Assembly (NCBI RefSeq): GCF_018977255.1 | Contig: NW_024704743.1 | Coordinates: 82,214,001-82,278,000, forward strand | Source of the DNA: Callorhinchus milii | Taxonomy: Eukaryota | Direction: 5' to 3' | DNA length: 64,000 nucleotides | Shown: positions 61,628 to 64,000 of the stretch, piece by piece | How positions within the stretch are numbered: position 1 is the first letter of the stretch | Layout: each line of letters begins with the position of its first letter | Made by a program: the position numbers and the translations under genes | Notes under the pieces: generated by a model | Told to the model about the DNA's origin: nothing | Databases searched by the model: none | What the model saw: only the letters and a program-made list of their open reading frames with translations

Positions 61628-61883
61628 TAGGGTAACCATACATCCTTGATTTCTGGAGACAGTCATCAGATGAGGTTTTGTGTCCTTGGCCAAATTTGCC
61701 CTGTCTTGAGTTCAGCAACAAACTGAGCAAGAACAATACAAGTCTAAAACTTACAGACTCATAAGAGAAATACAACCATTAAACCAACAAGCTTCTCCGG
61801 TACTGCCAGCATCAGAAATTGTGGCAAGTTTAAAAAAAATTGTTTCCCTGGATTTGGTTTTTTAAAAAAATATGGTCACCCTA
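61628..61883. mobile_element. Non-autonomous hAT-type DNA transposon (Blackjack/MER81-like TIRs)
   Basis: TIRs tagggtaaccata / tatggtcacccta (12 of 13 match); degenerate TSD ctagag on both flanks. Confidence 0.7.
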
Positions 61884-62154
61884 TCTAGAGCTCTGCTAAT
61901 ATTATACTCATTAAGCTACTAAAAGGTGTGAATTGGCATGATGTAGAAGTATTTAGGATATTGTATGCATGGCACAATTGGTTGTTGTTTCGTCCACAAA
62001 ATATTCAGTTAATATACTTTAGAGTATATTCTGTGAAGTGCTTTGAGGCGTCTCAGGCGCTATATCAAATTCAAAGATTATTATAGAGAGGGAAAATAGA
62101 ATATAGAAGCAAAAAAACTCACAATGTTTATTTGTATACTGTGAATATTTGAGT

Positions 62155-62330
62155 CAACAACAACAAGATTCCATTTACAGAGCGCCTTTCACGTCAGGAG
62201 GACCTCGCAAGGTGCTGTACAGTTGGGTCAGGACCCGAGCAGGGGGGAAATGGTCAGGGTGAGGGGACGGAAGGGAGGGAGCGAGGAGGGGGAGAGAGTC
62301 GAGAGGGGAGCTGAAGGCACGGTCAAAGAG
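62155..62330 (-). mobile_element. Young L2 3' end, same family as 30010-31762
   Basis: Reverse complement nearly identical to 31527-31750; flanked by gagtca (62151, 62328). Confidence 0.92.
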
Positions 62331-63054
62331 TCAGTCATTAAATGGAAAATGTTTGTATGTTAAGTGATCAAGCATCTTCGCAACAGCTGCGAAACAAGGC
62401 TGTTTAAATGGGGGAAGGGAGAAGGGAAGGGAGTGAATTGAAAAGGGATCCGGAATTAAGCTTGCACGACACTCGTGTGCTATCTTTAAGTGTGAAATTT
62501 TAATGGCTGTGCTTGCTGTCCCAGTCGGAGAGCTGGTTAAAATAGATATGAAGTGTTCCCATACTTTCCATGCAAGTATCTTAAAAACTACAATAACTAG
62601 CAGAATGAAACATATCTGTACGTGAGATATTTGAGGGTACTTACGAGGCTTTGAGCAAGAACAGATTTGTGAGGTGATAATAGATTGTAGCTGGATGGTT
62701 ATCATTGCAACAACTGAACCCCCCCCCCCACCATTGTTAATTGTAAATACCATGTCATACTATGTTTATTCCCCCACGACAAATGTATACGCACACAGAC
62801 AAACACACGCACACACACGCACCACACATATACACAAACACACGGAATTTATTAATTCAGACTTTCACTCTTCAAGCACTTTTGAACTCTGTGGTCACTC
62901 GCACATTGCATCCACCTAAAATGGCCACCTTCTCCAGGGCATGAAATGAAATAGCTGCCACGGCACTCAAAATGGCTGCTTGACCAGCCTCACATGTAGA
63001 AGGTGAAAGTATACTTCTGAAGACTGTGCACTCTTTGACTTAACCTGCCACTTA

Positions 63055-63436
63055 TAATAATAATCCTTGCATTTGATGCAGCGCATTATCACACTGAGAC
63101 GTCTCAAAGTGCTTCACAGAATATACTGTCAAGTGAATTGACTGTATATTTTGTGGGTGAAATGCAGCAGACAGTTGCGCAGAGCAGTGTCCCACACGCT
63201 GTCGTGAATTTTGAGTGACCAAATTCTTCTTGTTATTACTTTTTTTTCAAGGGAATATTACACCCGGAAAAGTGATCCGCCAAGAGCCTAATAACTAGCT
63301 TCCTACTTACTGCTAGGTAAATAGAGGCGTGTGTGTGGAGTAAGTAAGGAAACTTGCCTAGGGTTTTGCCCTGCCTGGGAATTGAACACGGGTCCGCTTG
63401 CTTGCGAGGCGAGTGCTCTAAGCACTAAACTACAGT
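63055..63436 (-). mobile_element. tRNA-headed SINE, long subfamily, full length
   Basis: Tail, extra segment (cctacttactgctaggtaaatagaggcgt) and head (gcttgcgaggcgagtgctcta). Confidence 0.9.
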
Positions 63437-63869
63437 TCTCCATGTTTCAGCTGTTATTTATTTATTATGTTATTTCACTTAACCCTGTGTCCACTAGTTG
63501 GGTTATCGGTGAACCAGTAGAAAGTGAATAAAACTGATATCTGCTAAAAATGCGATCCTTAGTTTATAAAAGCTGCCCAATGTAAGGCGCTGTTAGCATC
63601 TTTACGTTTTTAAAACATAAAATAGGAGTTTGCTGGATTCAAGTACAATGTCCTGTAGATTTCCCCTTGTCATGTTTTGATTTAACTGACTGTAATCCAG
63701 CAAGGTTATGGAAATTAATATTTTCAGTTTTCCTCCATCTAGGGGACAGGATTTGCTTCACATGACACAGTGCTATGTAAATCTGACTTTGTTGAGAAAT
63801 AAGTTATTGGTACAAATGATATGGAATGACGTGCACAATAAGTTTATCATCGGATGTACATAGATCAGG

Positions 63870-64000
63870 ACCTGAGTTTGTAGTCCAAGCTGACGCTGCA
63901 GTGCCGTGGGGGTGTGGGGATCGGGGGTGGGGGGAGAAGGCTGTATTGTCAGAGCTGCTGTCCTTTGATGAGTTGTTAAACTGAGGCCCCATCTGCCTGC
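63870..64000 (+). mobile_element. DeuSINE-like SINE fragment (runs off window)
   Basis: tagtccaagctgacgctgcagtgc..ctgtcctttgatgagttgttaaactgaggccccatctgcctg. Confidence 0.75.

Noticed and set aside
1..64000. CRISPR arrays, operons, rRNA, retrons or other prokaryotic/viral systems
   Set aside because: No repeat-spacer arrays or gene-dense regions; the only RT is a non-LTR L2 type; the recurring short ORFs (VKRFETS, NARIIII) are SINE translations.

Overview
Repeat-rich, AT-rich vertebrate genomic DNA. The repeat content (tRNA-headed SINEs with DeuSINE/SacSINE1-like bodies, plus CR1 and L2 LINEs) points to a cartilaginous fish, probably a chimaera; this is an inference. I recognise no host protein-coding gene. 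The only long genuine ORF (~30012-31604) is the RT-containing 3' part of a young, 5'-truncated L2 LINE. Its 3' stem-loop is shared, with a compensatory base-pair change, by a young tRNA(Ala)-like SINE family present in many copies. At ~36.7-43 kb lies a CpG-enriched, promoter-like region with three large simple-repeat arrays (GGGCA/AGGCA, GA-purine, CAGCA/TAGCC), several + strand splice donors, a possible 8-nt ATG-bearing microexon and a perfect 16-bp hairpin. It probably marks the 5' end of a long-intron + strand gene, and possibly a divergent - strand transcript. The window also holds an old family of palindromic (fold-back) MITE-like elements, a hAT-type MITE, nested insertions, a locally templated 46-bp insertion, a diverged ~250-bp local duplication and several enhancer-like unique blocks. 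I found no strong evidence for a wholly new biological system. All calls were made by eye, without database searches; boundaries of old repeats are approximate.
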